Below, piece after piece: positions 47,501-57,114 of a DNA stretch of 64,000 nt. Below the pieces are notes generated by a model. It searched no databases. It was not told the origin of the DNA and saw nothing but the letters and a program-made list of their open reading frames with translations. The stretch's first letter is position 1, and the number at the start of each line of letters is the position of its first letter. Position numbers and translations under genes: made by a program. The stretch covers positions 224,001 through 288,000 of the forward strand of contig CAVYIM010000007.1 in assembly GCA_963768655.1 (NCBI GenBank). The letters are read 5' to 3'. This DNA comes from an uncultured Chloroflexia bacterium. Its GTDB lineage: Bacteria > Chloroflexota > Limnocylindria > Limnocylindrales > CSP1-4.

Positions 47501-49138
47501 TCAGCCCGAGTGGCCGCGCTGGCCCGGGGAGCGTCTCACGCTACCGGTGGCTCCGCGGCCGGGCTTTGCGCCGGACGCCGAGTGCGTCCCCGACGGCGGC
47601 TTGCCGGGCCGCGGCCCACTCGGCCGTCGAGCCTTGCCCGGGCTCCTCTCGCGTCCGGCTCGATCGCTCGCCCGCTCACGGAAGATCAGCCGGATGGGCG
47701 TTCCGTCGAAGCCGAACTCGGCGCGAAGCTGGTTCTCCAGGAACCGTTTGTAGCTGAAGTGCACCTGGTCGGCATGGCGGGCGAAGAAGACGAACGTCGG
47801 CGGGGCCACGGCCACCTGGGTCGCGTAGAAGATCTTGGGCGGGCCGAGCTTGCCGGCCGGCGGCGCCTGCCGCAGCGACGCCACGCGGAGGACGCGATTG
47901 AGGTCCGGCGTGGAGATACGCTTGCGCCGCTCGCCCCAGACGTCGAGAGCCAGCTCGAGCACCTTGCCGACGCGCTGACCGGTCTTGGCGCTGATCGAGA
48001 CGACCGGCGCGAAATCGAGGAACGGCACTTCGGCCCGCAAGGCCGTCGCGAACTCGTCGAACGAGCGGTCCGTCTTTTCGGCCAGCAGATCCCACTTGTT
48101 GAGGGCGAGGACCAGGCCACGGCCCTCCTCCACGACGAAACCGGCGACGTGGGCGTCCTGGGCGGTCAGGCCCTCGAAGGCGTCGATGATCAAGACGGCC
48201 ACGTCCGCCCGCTCCACCGCCTTGAGCGCCCGAAGCGTCGAGTAGCGCTCCGCGTCGGGGCCGCTTGCCACTTTGCCGTGACGGCGCATGCCGGCGGTGT
48301 CGATCAGGACGATGTCGCTGCGGCCCCACTGCAAGTGCGTGTCGATGGCGTCGCGGGTCGTCCCCGGTATGTCGCTGACGATCGCCCGCTCCTCACCGAG
48401 CAGCGAATTGAAAAGGCTCGACTTGCCGACGTTCGGCCGGCCGACCAGGGCGATCGACACCTTCTGGTCTTCGTCGCCGAAGCTCGGCTGGCCGTCCTCG
48501 CCGGCCTCGTCGCCGTCTATTTCGATCGCCTCGGCGTCGCTGTCACGAACGCGCGCCAGCCGGCCCTCGGCCATCTCGCGAGCCCAGTCGTCGGCCTCAG
48601 CCTCGCGGCGCTTGCGCTCGATCTCGTCGGGACTCTCCGGCGGTAGCGCCCACACGATTGCGTCCAGCAGATCCGCGACGCCACGGCCGTGCGCGGCGCT
48701 GATCGGATGGGTCTCCTCCCAGCCCAGGGAGTAGAACTCGGCTGCCTCGAGCTCGCGCTTGTCGTTGTCGGCCTTGTTGGCCGCAACCAGCACCGGCGCC
48801 TTCGCCGTCCGCAGGAGATCGGCCGCCTCGATGTCGGCCGGAGTAAGCCCGGTGATCGAGTCGACCACCAGCACGATGGCGTCCGCCTCGGCGATGGCGA
48901 TGCGGGCCTGCTCCTGGACCTTCTCCTCGATCGGGTCGCCGGGCTTGATTTCCAGGCCGCCGGTGTCGACCGCGATGAAGCGGCGGCCGTTCCACTCGGC
49001 CTCGCCGTAGATGCGATCGCGGGTGGTTCGGGCGCGGTCTTCCACGATCGCCGCGCGGTGGCCGACGATGCGGTTGAACAGCGTGCTCTTGCCGACGTTC
49101 GGGCGCCCGACGACGGCAACGATGGGGAGTGGGATCAC
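47501..49138 (-). CDS. der: Ribosome biogenesis GTPase Der (EngA)
   Basis: Two GRPNVGKS motifs, TTRDR/TTRDA, DTGG/DTAG, NKAD/NKWD, ENQLR..FGF.GTPI. Confidence 0.97.
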   Translation of the reverse strand: MIPLPIVAVVGRPNVGKSTLFNRIVGHRAAIVEDRARTTRDRIYGEAEWNGRRFIAVDTGGLEIKPGDPIEEKVQEQARIAIAEADAIVLVVDSITGLTPADIEAADLLRTAKAPVLVAANKADNDKRELEAAEFYSLGWEETHPISAAHGRGVADLLDAIVWALPPESPDEIERKRREAEADDWAREMAEGRLARVRDSDAEAIEIDGDEAGEDGQPSFGDEDQKVSIALVGRPNVGKSSLFNSLLGEERAIVSDIPGTTRDAIDTHLQWGRSDIVLIDTAGMRRHGKVASGPDAERYSTLRALKAVERADVAVLIIDAFEGLTAQDAHVAGFVVEEGRGLVLALNKWDLLAEKTDRSFDEFATALRAEVPFLDFAPVVSISAKTGQRVGKVLELALDVWGERRKRISTPDLNRVLRVASLRQAPPAGKLGPPKIFYATQVAVAPPTFVFFARHADQVHFSYKRFLENQLRAEFGFDGTPIRLIFRERASDRAGRERSPGKARRPSGPRPGKPPSGTHSASGAKPGRGATGSVRRSPGQRGHSG

Positions 49139-49198
49139 GGGTGGATTATGGGGCCGTGTTGGCCGCGGCGCGTCGAACGAACGGCGAGCCGCGCTCGG

Positions 49199-50164
49199 TC
49201 AGCGCGTGACGGCGAGCTGTGGGTCCGGAAGCGACGTAGTCCGGCCGGCCGGCGTGGCGGCCGCGGCCAGGGCGGCGCCGGCCAGTTCCCCGGCGCGAGC
49301 AGCGGCCTCCGGCGTGCCGGCGAGTGTGAGGATCCGCTCCGCCACGCACCGAAGGTCTTCTATCGGGGTCGAGGTTCCGCCGGTCACGCCGACGACTCGC
49401 GCGTCCCCGAAGATCGACGCGTCCATCAGGTCGCGCTCGGACTCGATCTGGATCGCCCGCGTCCCGACGATCCCGCACAGCCGGGTCAGCTCCTTGGTGT
49501 TCGCGCTCGACCGACCGCCGACGACCAGCATCAGGTCTACCCCTCGTGCGGCCTCGATGGTGTCCTGCTGGCGGTGGATCGTGACCGGGCAGACGGTGTT
49601 GACGATCTTGAGCTCGTGACAGCGGCCGACCATGAAGGCAGCCAGCTTCTCGAACTTCCAGGGCGGCTGCGTGCTCTGGCTGAGCAGCGCCATCTTCTTG
49701 CGGCGCGGGATCTGATCCCAGTCCTCCTCTTCGTCCACGACGATCGCGTCTGGCGCGAAGCCGAGCAAGCCCACTACCTCGGGGTGGCGCGGCGTGCCGA
49801 GCAGGACGATCGCGTAGCCCTCTTCGACCAGCCTGGTGATCTCGCGCTGCTCCTGGATCACCCACGTGCAGGTGCCATCTATCACTTCCAGGCCGCGATC
49901 CTGCGCATTGTGCAGCACGTCCGGCCGGACGCCGTGGGCGCGAATGACGACCGCGGCTCCCTCGGTGACCTGGTCGAGCGAATCGACGGTCTCGATCCCC
50001 TGGGCCGCCAGCGCGGCGATCACGCCCTCGTTGTGGACGACCTGACCCAGGGTATGCGTCACCTTGCCAACCGCCGCCGCTTCCTTGGCCTTGTCGATGG
50101 CCTCGCGCACGCCGTAGCAGAACCCCGTGCGCCGCGCGATCCGGACTTCTCGAACGTTACCCAT
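49199..50164 (-). CDS. ispH: 4-hydroxy-3-methylbut-2-enyl diphosphate reductase
   Basis: GFCYGV, VVHN, IRAHGV, DGTC, HPEV, SQST, NTVC, VGGRSSANT. Confidence 0.95.
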   Translation of the reverse strand: MGNVREVRIARRTGFCYGVREAIDKAKEAAAVGKVTHTLGQVVHNEGVIAALAAQGIETVDSLDQVTEGAAVVIRAHGVRPDVLHNAQDRGLEVIDGTCTWVIQEQREITRLVEEGYAIVLLGTPRHPEVVGLLGFAPDAIVVDEEEDWDQIPRRKKMALLSQSTQPPWKFEKLAAFMVGRCHELKIVNTVCPVTIHRQQDTIEAARGVDLMLVVGGRSSANTKELTRLCGIVGTRAIQIESERDLMDASIFGDARVVGVTGGTSTPIEDLRCVAERILTLAGTPEAAARAGELAGAALAAAATPAGRTTSLPDPQLAVTR

Positions 50165-50882
50165 TGCGCTTAAGTATCGCACCGGGGGCGAACTCGCCAT
50201 CTCGCACCCGCCCGGCCGTCTCAGCGTAGACGCCTCGTTGCTCCTCGGGCAGCAGCGCCGCGACGTGGCCCATCATCTCGGCTGTGGCGGCCCGCAGCGA
50301 TTCGTGGCGGTCGGCGCCTCTTGGCATCGTGAGCGTGAAGGGCTCCCCGACCCTGACCGTCATCCGCCGCCCGGGGCGCGGCAGGAGCTTGCCCCTCGGC
50401 CAGAAGCGCTGCGAGCCGATGATGGCGATCGGCAGTATCGGCGCGGCGCTGCGGACGGCCAGCACCGTGGCGCCCTCCTTTGCCTCTTGCAGGGCCCCGG
50501 TCGGCGAGCGAGTGCCTTCCGGGAAGATCGCCAGGACCCGACCGTCGTCGAGCACGCTCTTGGCCAGCCTGAACGCCTCCAGATCGCCGGCGCCCCGGCG
50601 GACTCCGAAGATCCCGTTGTGCCTCATCGCCCAGCCGAAGAGCGGCCAGCGCAGGGCCTCCTCCTTGCCGAGCCATGCCATCGGCCTCTTCATCGCGGGC
50701 ACCAGGTAGGCCATCAACAGGATTCCGTCCGCGTTCGAAGCGTGGTTGCAGATGACCAGCAGCGGCCCCGACGCCGGCAGGTTCTCGAAGCCCTGACGCT
50801 CGACGCGAGTCAAGCAGGCCGCGACCACTCGAAGCACGGCGCCGGAGAAACGAGGGAAGAACGGCAGCCGCCTACCGCCCAC
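50157..50882 (-). CDS. plsC: Lysophospholipid acyltransferase (PlsC family)
   Basis: NHASNAD (NHxxxxD), IFPEGTRS, PILPIAI. Confidence 0.9.
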   Translation of the reverse strand: MGGRRLPFFPRFSGAVLRVVAACLTRVERQGFENLPASGPLLVICNHASNADGILLMAYLVPAMKRPMAWLGKEEALRWPLFGWAMRHNGIFGVRRGAGDLEAFRLAKSVLDDGRVLAIFPEGTRSPTGALQEAKEGATVLAVRSAAPILPIAIIGSQRFWPRGKLLPRPGRRMTVRVGEPFTLTMPRGADRHESLRAATAEMMGHVAALLPEEQRGVYAETAGRVRDGEFAPGAILKRNG

Positions 50883-51627
50883 GGTCCCCTCCTCCGGCCA
50901 CCTCGGCCTCCCTGATTGTCTGGAGCACGGCCGCGACCGTCTGCTCGAACGTATTGCCGTCCGTCTTGACCACGATCGCGTCCTCGGCGGCCCGGAGCGG
51001 GGCGGTTTCCCGCTCGGAGTCGATCGTATCGCGGCGACGCATGTCCTCGAGAATCCCGCTCGCGGCGGTTTCGTCCGCGGCGACCCGGCGCTGCGCTGCC
51101 CGCCGGCGCGCCCGCTCCTCGGGAGAGGCGTGGAGGTAGATCTTGAGGTCGGCGTTGGGCAGGATGACCGTCCCGATGTCCCGCCCGGCCATGATGATGC
51201 CGCCCTCGGCAGCGAGCGCTCTCTGGCGCGGAACCAGCGCCGCCCGCAACTCGGGAACCTTCGAGTAGCCCGAGACGGCGCGATCGACGACCGGGCCGCG
51301 AACCTCGGCGGTCACGTCGCGACCGGCGGCTTCCACGTGACGAAGCCGGCCGCGCTTGTCGGCGACGAGCTCCACCTCTCCCGCCAGTGGCGCCAGCGCC
51401 TCCGTCTGGTCCGGCGCGATGCCGCGCTCCACGGCCAGCCAGGCCACGGCGCGATACAGCAGGCCCGTATCGCAGAAGCGGTAGCCGAGCCGCCGCGCGA
51501 CCTCGGCGCCTACGGTGCTCTTGCCGCTCGAGCTGGGCCCGTCGACGGCCACCACGAGGCGTCTTCTCGCCCCGGCCAGATCGGCGGGTTGGGCAACGAG
51601 GCCTTCGGTGCGTTGGTCGGCGCTCAC
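50872..51627 (-). CDS. cmk: Cytidylate kinase
   Basis: VAVDGPSSSGKST, DTGLLYRA, GRDIGTVILP.A.LKIYL.AS.EERARRR; GTG 6 nt after TATTCT. Confidence 0.95.
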   Translation of the reverse strand: MSADQRTEGLVAQPADLAGARRRLVVAVDGPSSSGKSTVGAEVARRLGYRFCDTGLLYRAVAWLAVERGIAPDQTEALAPLAGEVELVADKRGRLRHVEAAGRDVTAEVRGPVVDRAVSGYSKVPELRAALVPRQRALAAEGGIIMAGRDIGTVILPNADLKIYLHASPEERARRRAAQRRVAADETAASGILEDMRRRDTIDSERETAPLRAAEDAIVVKTDGNTFEQTVAAVLQTIREAEVAGGGDRGR

Positions 51628-51656
51628 GACCCGAGAATACCGTCCCGGAGCCCGGA

Positions 51657-52508
51657 CTATTCGGGCAAGTCGTGGCTCGCGGCGGCGGCCGGCCGAGCTA
51701 TCGGCGGGGTGGGCTTCGCCGGGCGCGTCGTCGTCGGTCGCCGGGCGCACGATGCGAGCTGCGTGACTTCGTGGTGGGCGAGCGGCCGAGCCTCGCCCGC
51801 GTGTATGTCGGTGAGCTTCAGAGAGCCGACTCGGACCCGAACCAGGCGGCGCACCGGCCGTCCGACGGCCTCGAACATCCGCCGTATCTGCCGCTTCCAG
51901 CCCTGGGCCAGCACGACGCGGTACCAGCGCAGCTCCGCGTGCGGCGGCGTCAGCAGATCGAGCAGCTTTCGAACCTGGGCGGGCGTGGCATCCTCGAGCA
52001 TGTCGAGTCGAGCCAGGCCCTCCTCGAGCTCGATGCCGTTGCGTAGCGCCACCTTCTGCAGCCTGGTTACCGATCGATCGAGGCCGACCATGTACTCGCG
52101 CTCGACGCCGTAGCGGGGGTGCAGCAGCAGGTTCGCCCAGGCACCGTCGTTGGTGAAGAGCAGCAGCCCCTCCGACTCTTCGTCCAGGCGGCCGACCGGA
52201 TAGAGCCGCGCCTCCCGGCGCGCATTCGGCGGCAACAGCTCCATGACGGTTCGGTCGGCGTGGCGGTCCCGAACCGTGGACACCACGCCAACGGGCTTGT
52301 TCAGCATCCAGTAGGAACGCTGGCGCTCGATCGCCGGCAGCGGCTTGCCGTCCACGAGGACGCGCTGCATGTCGGGATCGACCTGCTCGCCCAGAACCGC
52401 CGGCCGGCCGTCCACCGTGACTCGCCCGGCGCGGATGAGATCCTCGCCCGAACGTCGCGAGGCAATGCCCGAAGTGGCGAGCACCTTCTGCAGCCGCTCG
52501 CGGGTCAC
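51657..52508 (-). CDS. rluB: rRNA pseudouridine synthase (RluB/RsuA family)
   Basis: ERLQKVLA..GIASRR (S4), LNKPVG, PVGRLD..SEGLLL.TNDG, RQIRRM. Confidence 0.9.
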   Translation of the reverse strand: MTRERLQKVLATSGIASRRSGEDLIRAGRVTVDGRPAVLGEQVDPDMQRVLVDGKPLPAIERQRSYWMLNKPVGVVSTVRDRHADRTVMELLPPNARREARLYPVGRLDEESEGLLLFTNDGAWANLLLHPRYGVEREYMVGLDRSVTRLQKVALRNGIELEEGLARLDMLEDATPAQVRKLLDLLTPPHAELRWYRVVLAQGWKRQIRRMFEAVGRPVRRLVRVRVGSLKLTDIHAGEARPLAHHEVTQLASCARRPTTTRPAKPTPPIARPAAAASHDLPE

Positions 52509-52509
52509 T

Positions 52510-53250
52510 TCAGCCGGCCTCGCTCTCCGAGCCGGAGGCAGGCCCACCGGCTGCGATGCCGACCGCCGTTGCGGCCGTCGTTCCGGCCGAAACATCCTCT
52601 TCGTCGCCTGGTGCGAACAGCCGCTCCGCGATCGGCGCGTCCAGCGGCGGCAGCTCGTCGAGGCTCGTCATGCCGAACCGCTCCAGGAAGTCGAAGCCGG
52701 TTCCATACAGGATCGGGCGGCCGGGGGCCGCCGAGCGGCCCAGCTCCGCCACGAGGCGACGGTGGAGCAGGGTTCGGATCGTGTACTCCGAGTCGACACC
52801 ACGAATTCGCTCGATGGTGGCGCGGGTGCAGGGCTGGCGATAGGCGACGATGGCCAGCGTCTCAAGCGAGGGCGACGACAGCCGCGGCGCGTCGGCGCCA
52901 ACGTATCGGGCGATCAGCGCGCCCGCTTCCGGGGCGGTGGCCAGCTCCACCTTCTCGCCCGCCTCCACGAGCCGGATGCCACGCTCGCCCAGGCTGACGG
53001 CCAGGTCGCCGATTCGAGCGTCCACCGTCTCGCGGTCAACCCCGGCCAGCAGGGCGATCTCGGCGCGGGCGAGTGGCTTCTCAGCCACGAACAGCAGCGC
53101 CTCGAGCTGCGCCTCACTCAGCTCGCCCGGCTGGGCGGGCTCACCGGAGCGGGCGCCGGACGAAGCCTCGGCTTCGTCCGGCGGTTCGTCTTTCCCGATC
53201 TCGAGAGACTGGGCCCCGATGTCCAAGCCGATCACATCCTCCGCACTCAT
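52510..53250 (-). CDS. scpB: SMC-Scp complex subunit ScpB
   Basis: LEALLFV, LETLAIVAYRQP.TRA.IE.IRGV, PGRPILYGT..FLERFG..SLDELP. Confidence 0.95.
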   Translation of the reverse strand: MSAEDVIGLDIGAQSLEIGKDEPPDEAEASSGARSGEPAQPGELSEAQLEALLFVAEKPLARAEIALLAGVDRETVDARIGDLAVSLGERGIRLVEAGEKVELATAPEAGALIARYVGADAPRLSSPSLETLAIVAYRQPCTRATIERIRGVDSEYTIRTLLHRRLVAELGRSAAPGRPILYGTGFDFLERFGMTSLDELPPLDAPIAERLFAPGDEEDVSAGTTAATAVGIAAGGPASGSESEAG

Positions 53251-54170
53251 GCGAACGAACCCAGGCTCTCGTCGATCTCGCCTTCGACGTCGAACGATCC
53301 GGTGACCGTCGCTCGTCGCGCCACGATCGGCCCCCATGGTTCCGCCTGTTCGAGCGTTATCTCGCGGCGCTTGAAGAGCTCCAGCATGGCCAGGAAGGTC
53401 ACGGCGACCACGACACGGTCTCTGACTCCACCCAGCAGCTCCTGCAGCACGACGTGATCGGCCTTTGAGAGGGCGGCGCGAATGACGGCCGCCCGCTCCG
53501 CCATAGTGACTGTTCTGGCGACGATTTCTACGGGGGCCTCCGGAGGCGGAACGATCATGGCCAGCCGGTTTAGCGCCGCGGCCAGGACCGCGGGCGGGAG
53601 CGGCGGCCTCTCCGGCGGGCGAGCTCCGGCCCTGCCAGCGAGAGCGGCGACCTCGGCGTCGCGGCGGAAAAGGCGGTACACACCGAGCCGCTCGTTCAAC
53701 GCGGCGCCGGCGTCTCTGAAGCGACGGTATTCGATGAGTCGCGCCCGCAGCTCCGCCTCGGGATCGGGCTCGTCATCGAGCGGCACCGCCATCACCTTCG
53801 GCGGGCGCGGCAGAATTGCCCGGCTCTTGATCAGGATCAGCTGCGCAGCCACTGCCACGAACCCGGACACACTTCCGAGGCGGTCTCCCTCCAGCGTGGC
53901 CAGGGCGTCCAGATAGGCCTCCGCCAGGCCCCCCAGAGGCACGGTCAGCACGTCGAGCTGGCGGGCCTCGATCAGGGCGAGGAGGAGTGCGAGTGGTCCG
54001 TCGAAGTCCGCCATGCGGACGTGCGTGGCCCGCTCGAGCCGCCCCTCCTCGAACACGACCTCGGGCGCCGAGCCAAGGCGGGCCAGCGCCGCAGTCCGCG
54101 CAGCATCGGCGCGCGAAACCCGCTCGCGCGTGAGCCGCTCCTGGGGCGTTGTCTCAGCTGACGTCATCAA
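53247..54170 (-). CDS. scpA: Segregation/condensation protein ScpA
   Basis: FDGPLALLL.LI, AAQLILIKSR.ILP, VTFLAMLEL. Confidence 0.94.
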   Translation of the reverse strand: MMTSAETTPQERLTRERVSRADAARTAALARLGSAPEVVFEEGRLERATHVRMADFDGPLALLLALIEARQLDVLTVPLGGLAEAYLDALATLEGDRLGSVSGFVAVAAQLILIKSRAILPRPPKVMAVPLDDEPDPEAELRARLIEYRRFRDAGAALNERLGVYRLFRRDAEVAALAGRAGARPPERPPLPPAVLAAALNRLAMIVPPPEAPVEIVARTVTMAERAAVIRAALSKADHVVLQELLGGVRDRVVVAVTFLAMLELFKRREITLEQAEPWGPIVARRATVTGSFDVEGEIDESLGSFA

Positions 54171-54658
54171 CTCGCCTCGTCGGCGGCGAGCAGGAGCCTG
54201 CCCGCCTCATCGACCGGATTCTCCGCCAGCCGGATCAACTCCACCGTTCGCGGGCTGCAGCCCGCCGCGGCGGCGAGCTCGGCCGACCGTTCGGCGTGGG
54301 TGCGCAGGCGCTCCAGCCCGTAGCGAAACGTCGGCAGGTGGCTCGACGCCCGCCAGATCCACTCCCCATAGCGCTGCCCGATGGACCAGGCCACGCGATG
54401 CGCGAGACGGAGGTGCGGACCCTTGCCGCAGTCGTGAAGCAGCCCGGCAACCAGCAGGTCCGGGTCCGTCGCGCCGGCCTTCCGCAGCCCGGCTACCACG
54501 TCCAGACCGTGCCGCCGGTCCGCGACTTGCATCCGATCGAACAGCGCGAGCTGCGCTGGCGTCAGCCAGATCACCAGATCGTCGCGCTCCGACGGCGCAA
54601 CCCGCGCCCGAGCGTACGACCAGGTCCTCCTGATCCTCGCGGCCCACCAGTTGCGCAC
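54167..54658 (-). CDS. HD-domain protein
   Basis: DRRHG, AGLLHDCGK, HAERSAE, L.AAD. Confidence 0.8.
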   Translation of the reverse strand: MRNWWAARIRRTWSYARARVAPSERDDLVIWLTPAQLALFDRMQVADRRHGLDVVAGLRKAGATDPDLLVAGLLHDCGKGPHLRLAHRVAWSIGQRYGEWIWRASSHLPTFRYGLERLRTHAERSAELAAAAGCSPRTVELIRLAENPVDEAGRLLLAADEAS

Positions 54659-54659
54659 G

Positions 54660-55331
54660 CTAGACGATGTAGTACTGGAAGCCGAGGAGGAGATTTACCA
54701 GAGAGCCGATGAGGGGCTCGAGGAACTGGAATGCGAAGAGCACGAGGATGATCAGGATCACGATGCCGTACTGGTTCATGAACTGCTGGACCTGCCGGCC
54801 GGTCGCCGGATCGAGCAGGTCGATCAGGACGTGCGAGCCATCGAGCGGTGCCACCGGCACCAGGTTGAAGAGCATCAGAACTACGTTGAGCGAAACGCCG
54901 GTGACGAACACGAGTTCCAGCATGTCCATGGCCGAGTCGTTGCCCGGGTAGTAGCCGTCCGACCATAGGATTCGGACTCCCACGGCAAATGCCGCCGCCA
55001 TCGCCAGATTCGACAGCGGGCCCGCCGCAGCCACCTTGGCGTCCGCGTAGCGGCCCCGCAGGTTGTACGGGTTGACCGGCGTGGGCTTGGCCCAGCCGAA
55101 GGCCAGCCCGCCCCCGTAGGCGAGGCCCAGCAACGCCGTGAAGATGAGCAGCCCACCACCCATCGGATCGAAATGGACGACCGGATCGAGGGAGACGCGC
55201 CCGAACAGCTTGGCGGTGCCATCACCCAGTCGCAGCGCCGTGTAGGCGTGGGCACATTCGTGGACAGGCCCGGCGACCAGGAAGAAAAGGGCGATCCAGA
55301 TGACCGTTCGGGCGACGTCAATCGATTGCAC
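54660..55331 (-). CDS. Site-2 protease family (M50) protein
   Basis: HECAH, LGDGT...GR.SLDP, FGWAKP.PVNP, AAGPLSN, FNLVPVAPLDGS. Confidence 0.92.
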   Translation of the reverse strand: MQSIDVARTVIWIALFFLVAGPVHECAHAYTALRLGDGTAKLFGRVSLDPVVHFDPMGGGLLIFTALLGLAYGGGLAFGWAKPTPVNPYNLRGRYADAKVAAAGPLSNLAMAAAFAVGVRILWSDGYYPGNDSAMDMLELVFVTGVSLNVVLMLFNLVPVAPLDGSHVLIDLLDPATGRQVQQFMNQYGIVILIILVLFAFQFLEPLIGSLVNLLLGFQYYIV

Positions 55332-55409
55332 GCTCTACCTCTTGGCTGCGGGACGGGCGGAGGTATCCTACCGTGCCGCCCGTCGCCAACCGTGATGAAA
55401 CGTCTCCAG

Positions 55410-56087
55410 CTACAGGCGGCCGAGCAGCTCGGCCTTCTTGGCCTCGTAGTCGGCCGGGGTGATCGCGCCCTTGTCGCGCAGGTCGGCCAGCTTGGCGAGC
55501 GTGGCGGTCACATCGTCCGAGCTCGACGACCTCGCGGCAGGAGCGCTCGCGACCGGTGCCGGCGCAGCGGGGCTCATCGACCCCCGGTAGCCATCCTCGA
55601 GGTTGTTCTTGGCGTTCAGCATCGCTTTCTTGAAGTCCACCACGTGGGAGAGCATCTCGTAGCGGTCGATCGCGTCGTCGTTCGCGGTCAGGATCTCCAG
55701 GTCACCGTAGTGCAGCATTCGCGCGAGCAGGCCCTGCTTGAGGACCGCGTCGTTGATCTTGTCGAGCGAGCTGTCTCCGCTCTTCTTGTCGAGCAGTCCC
55801 TCGACCTTCAGCACCCGGCGGTTGGTGATGACGTATTCCTCGGCCTTCCACGTGAAGTACACGATCGCGATCCAGACGAAGCCGACCACGAGGAGCACCG
55901 CCGGCAACAACCCGGCGATAGAGAACAGGCTGATGTGCAGGACTACCAGCTCCAGAAGCGCAACCACGACCCCAGCGAGAAACACCAGCAGCCCGTTCCG
56001 CGCGTCCGACACAGGCGCGAGCCAGAACTGCCTGCCTCGATAGAGCACCTGCTCGTCCTTCGCCATCAAAGTATCCGCGTAGCTCAT
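55410..56087 (-). CDS. Membrane protein with bacterial PH domain and C-terminal SHOCT
   Basis: Two TM helices, YVITNRRV...GLL, LARMLHYGDLEI; LAKLADLRDKGAIT..DYEAKKAELL. Confidence 0.85.
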   Translation of the reverse strand: MSYADTLMAKDEQVLYRGRQFWLAPVSDARNGLLVFLAGVVVALLELVVLHISLFSIAGLLPAVLLVVGFVWIAIVYFTWKAEEYVITNRRVLKVEGLLDKKSGDSSLDKINDAVLKQGLLARMLHYGDLEILTANDDAIDRYEMLSHVVDFKKAMLNAKNNLEDGYRGSMSPAAPAPVASAPAARSSSSDDVTATLAKLADLRDKGAITPADYEAKKAELLGRL

Positions 56088-56132
56088 CCTCGTCTCCTTC
56101 TCTGCCCGTCCACCGTCGGGCCGTCAGGCTCT

Positions 56133-57113
56133 TCAGGCCCGTGGGTGGGCGCGGGCGTAGACGTCCTTGATCCGTTCGCCGGTCAGATGCGTGTACAGCT
56201 GTGTCGTGCTGATGTTCGCATGCCCGAGTAGCTCCTGAACGATACGCAGATCGGCGCCTCCCTCCAAGAGGTGAGTCGCGAACGAATGCCGCAATGTGTG
56301 TGGGCTGACGCCATTCTGGAGACCGGCCGAACGGGCGGTCGCGACGAGCATCTCCCAGGCCCGCCGGCGGTCGAGCCGCTCGCCGCGCACGGACAAGAAC
56401 AGGGGCCCACCGTGCGCCAGGGGCGGCGCAGCCAGTGCCAGCCACGCCGGTCTGACTTCGCCGATGTACCGGCGCAGCCAGCCGAGGGCTACCTCTCCGA
56501 CCGGTACCTGTCGTTCCCGATCGCCTTTCCCGACGACCCGCACCAATCCCTCTTCGAGCGACAGGTCGTCCCGATCGAGGCCAACCGCCTCGGATATGCG
56601 CAGGCCGCTGGCGTACAGCAGCTCGAGCAGGGCGCGGTCGCGAATGCCGGCCGGCGTGTCGGCCGTTCGCATCGCCAGCAAACGGTCCACTTCCTCGACC
56701 GTCAGCACCTCGGGCAGAAGCCGCGGCTGGCGCGGCAGCTCGAACCGGGCGGCCAGGTCCGTGGCGATCAGTCCTTCCGCGTAGCAGAACCGGTAGAACC
56801 CGCGCAAAGAGGCCGCCTTCCGGCGGAGGCTGGTGGGCCGCAGCGGCGGCCTGCGACTACGGCCCGGCGAGGCCAGCATGCCCAGGTATCGAACTGCCAC
56901 CCCCGCCGAGGCATCCCACTCCGCGGCGGCCCCGCGACTGGCAGCGAAGTCGAGCAGATCGGCGCGGTAGGCCCGCAGCGTCGCGTCGGACAGCCCGCGC
57001 TCCACTCGGAGGTGCATCAGGAACTCGTCTATGGCCGCCGGCAGCCGGCCCGTCGGGCCGGCCGTCGGGTGCCGCCCTCCGCCCGCCGACTGGTCCGCCG
57101 CGGCGCCGGCCAT
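56133..57113 (-). CDS. xerD: Site-specific tyrosine recombinase XerD
   Basis: ERGLS..TL.AY..DL, RDRALLELLYASGLRISE, GKGDRER.VP, SPHTLRHSFATHLL.GGADLR.VQELLGH...TTQ.YTH. Confidence 0.9.
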   Translation of the reverse strand: MAGAAADQSAGGGRHPTAGPTGRLPAAIDEFLMHLRVERGLSDATLRAYRADLLDFAASRGAAAEWDASAGVAVRYLGMLASPGRSRRPPLRPTSLRRKAASLRGFYRFCYAEGLIATDLAARFELPRQPRLLPEVLTVEEVDRLLAMRTADTPAGIRDRALLELLYASGLRISEAVGLDRDDLSLEEGLVRVVGKGDRERQVPVGEVALGWLRRYIGEVRPAWLALAAPPLAHGGPLFLSVRGERLDRRRAWEMLVATARSAGLQNGVSPHTLRHSFATHLLEGGADLRIVQELLGHANISTTQLYTHLTGERIKDVYARAHPRA

Positions 57114-57114
57114 C

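Noticed and set aside
56133-57113. Tyrosine recombinase as a mobile-element integrase
   Set aside because: XerD-type motifs in housekeeping context (recN, scpAB), with no att repeats or cargo nearby
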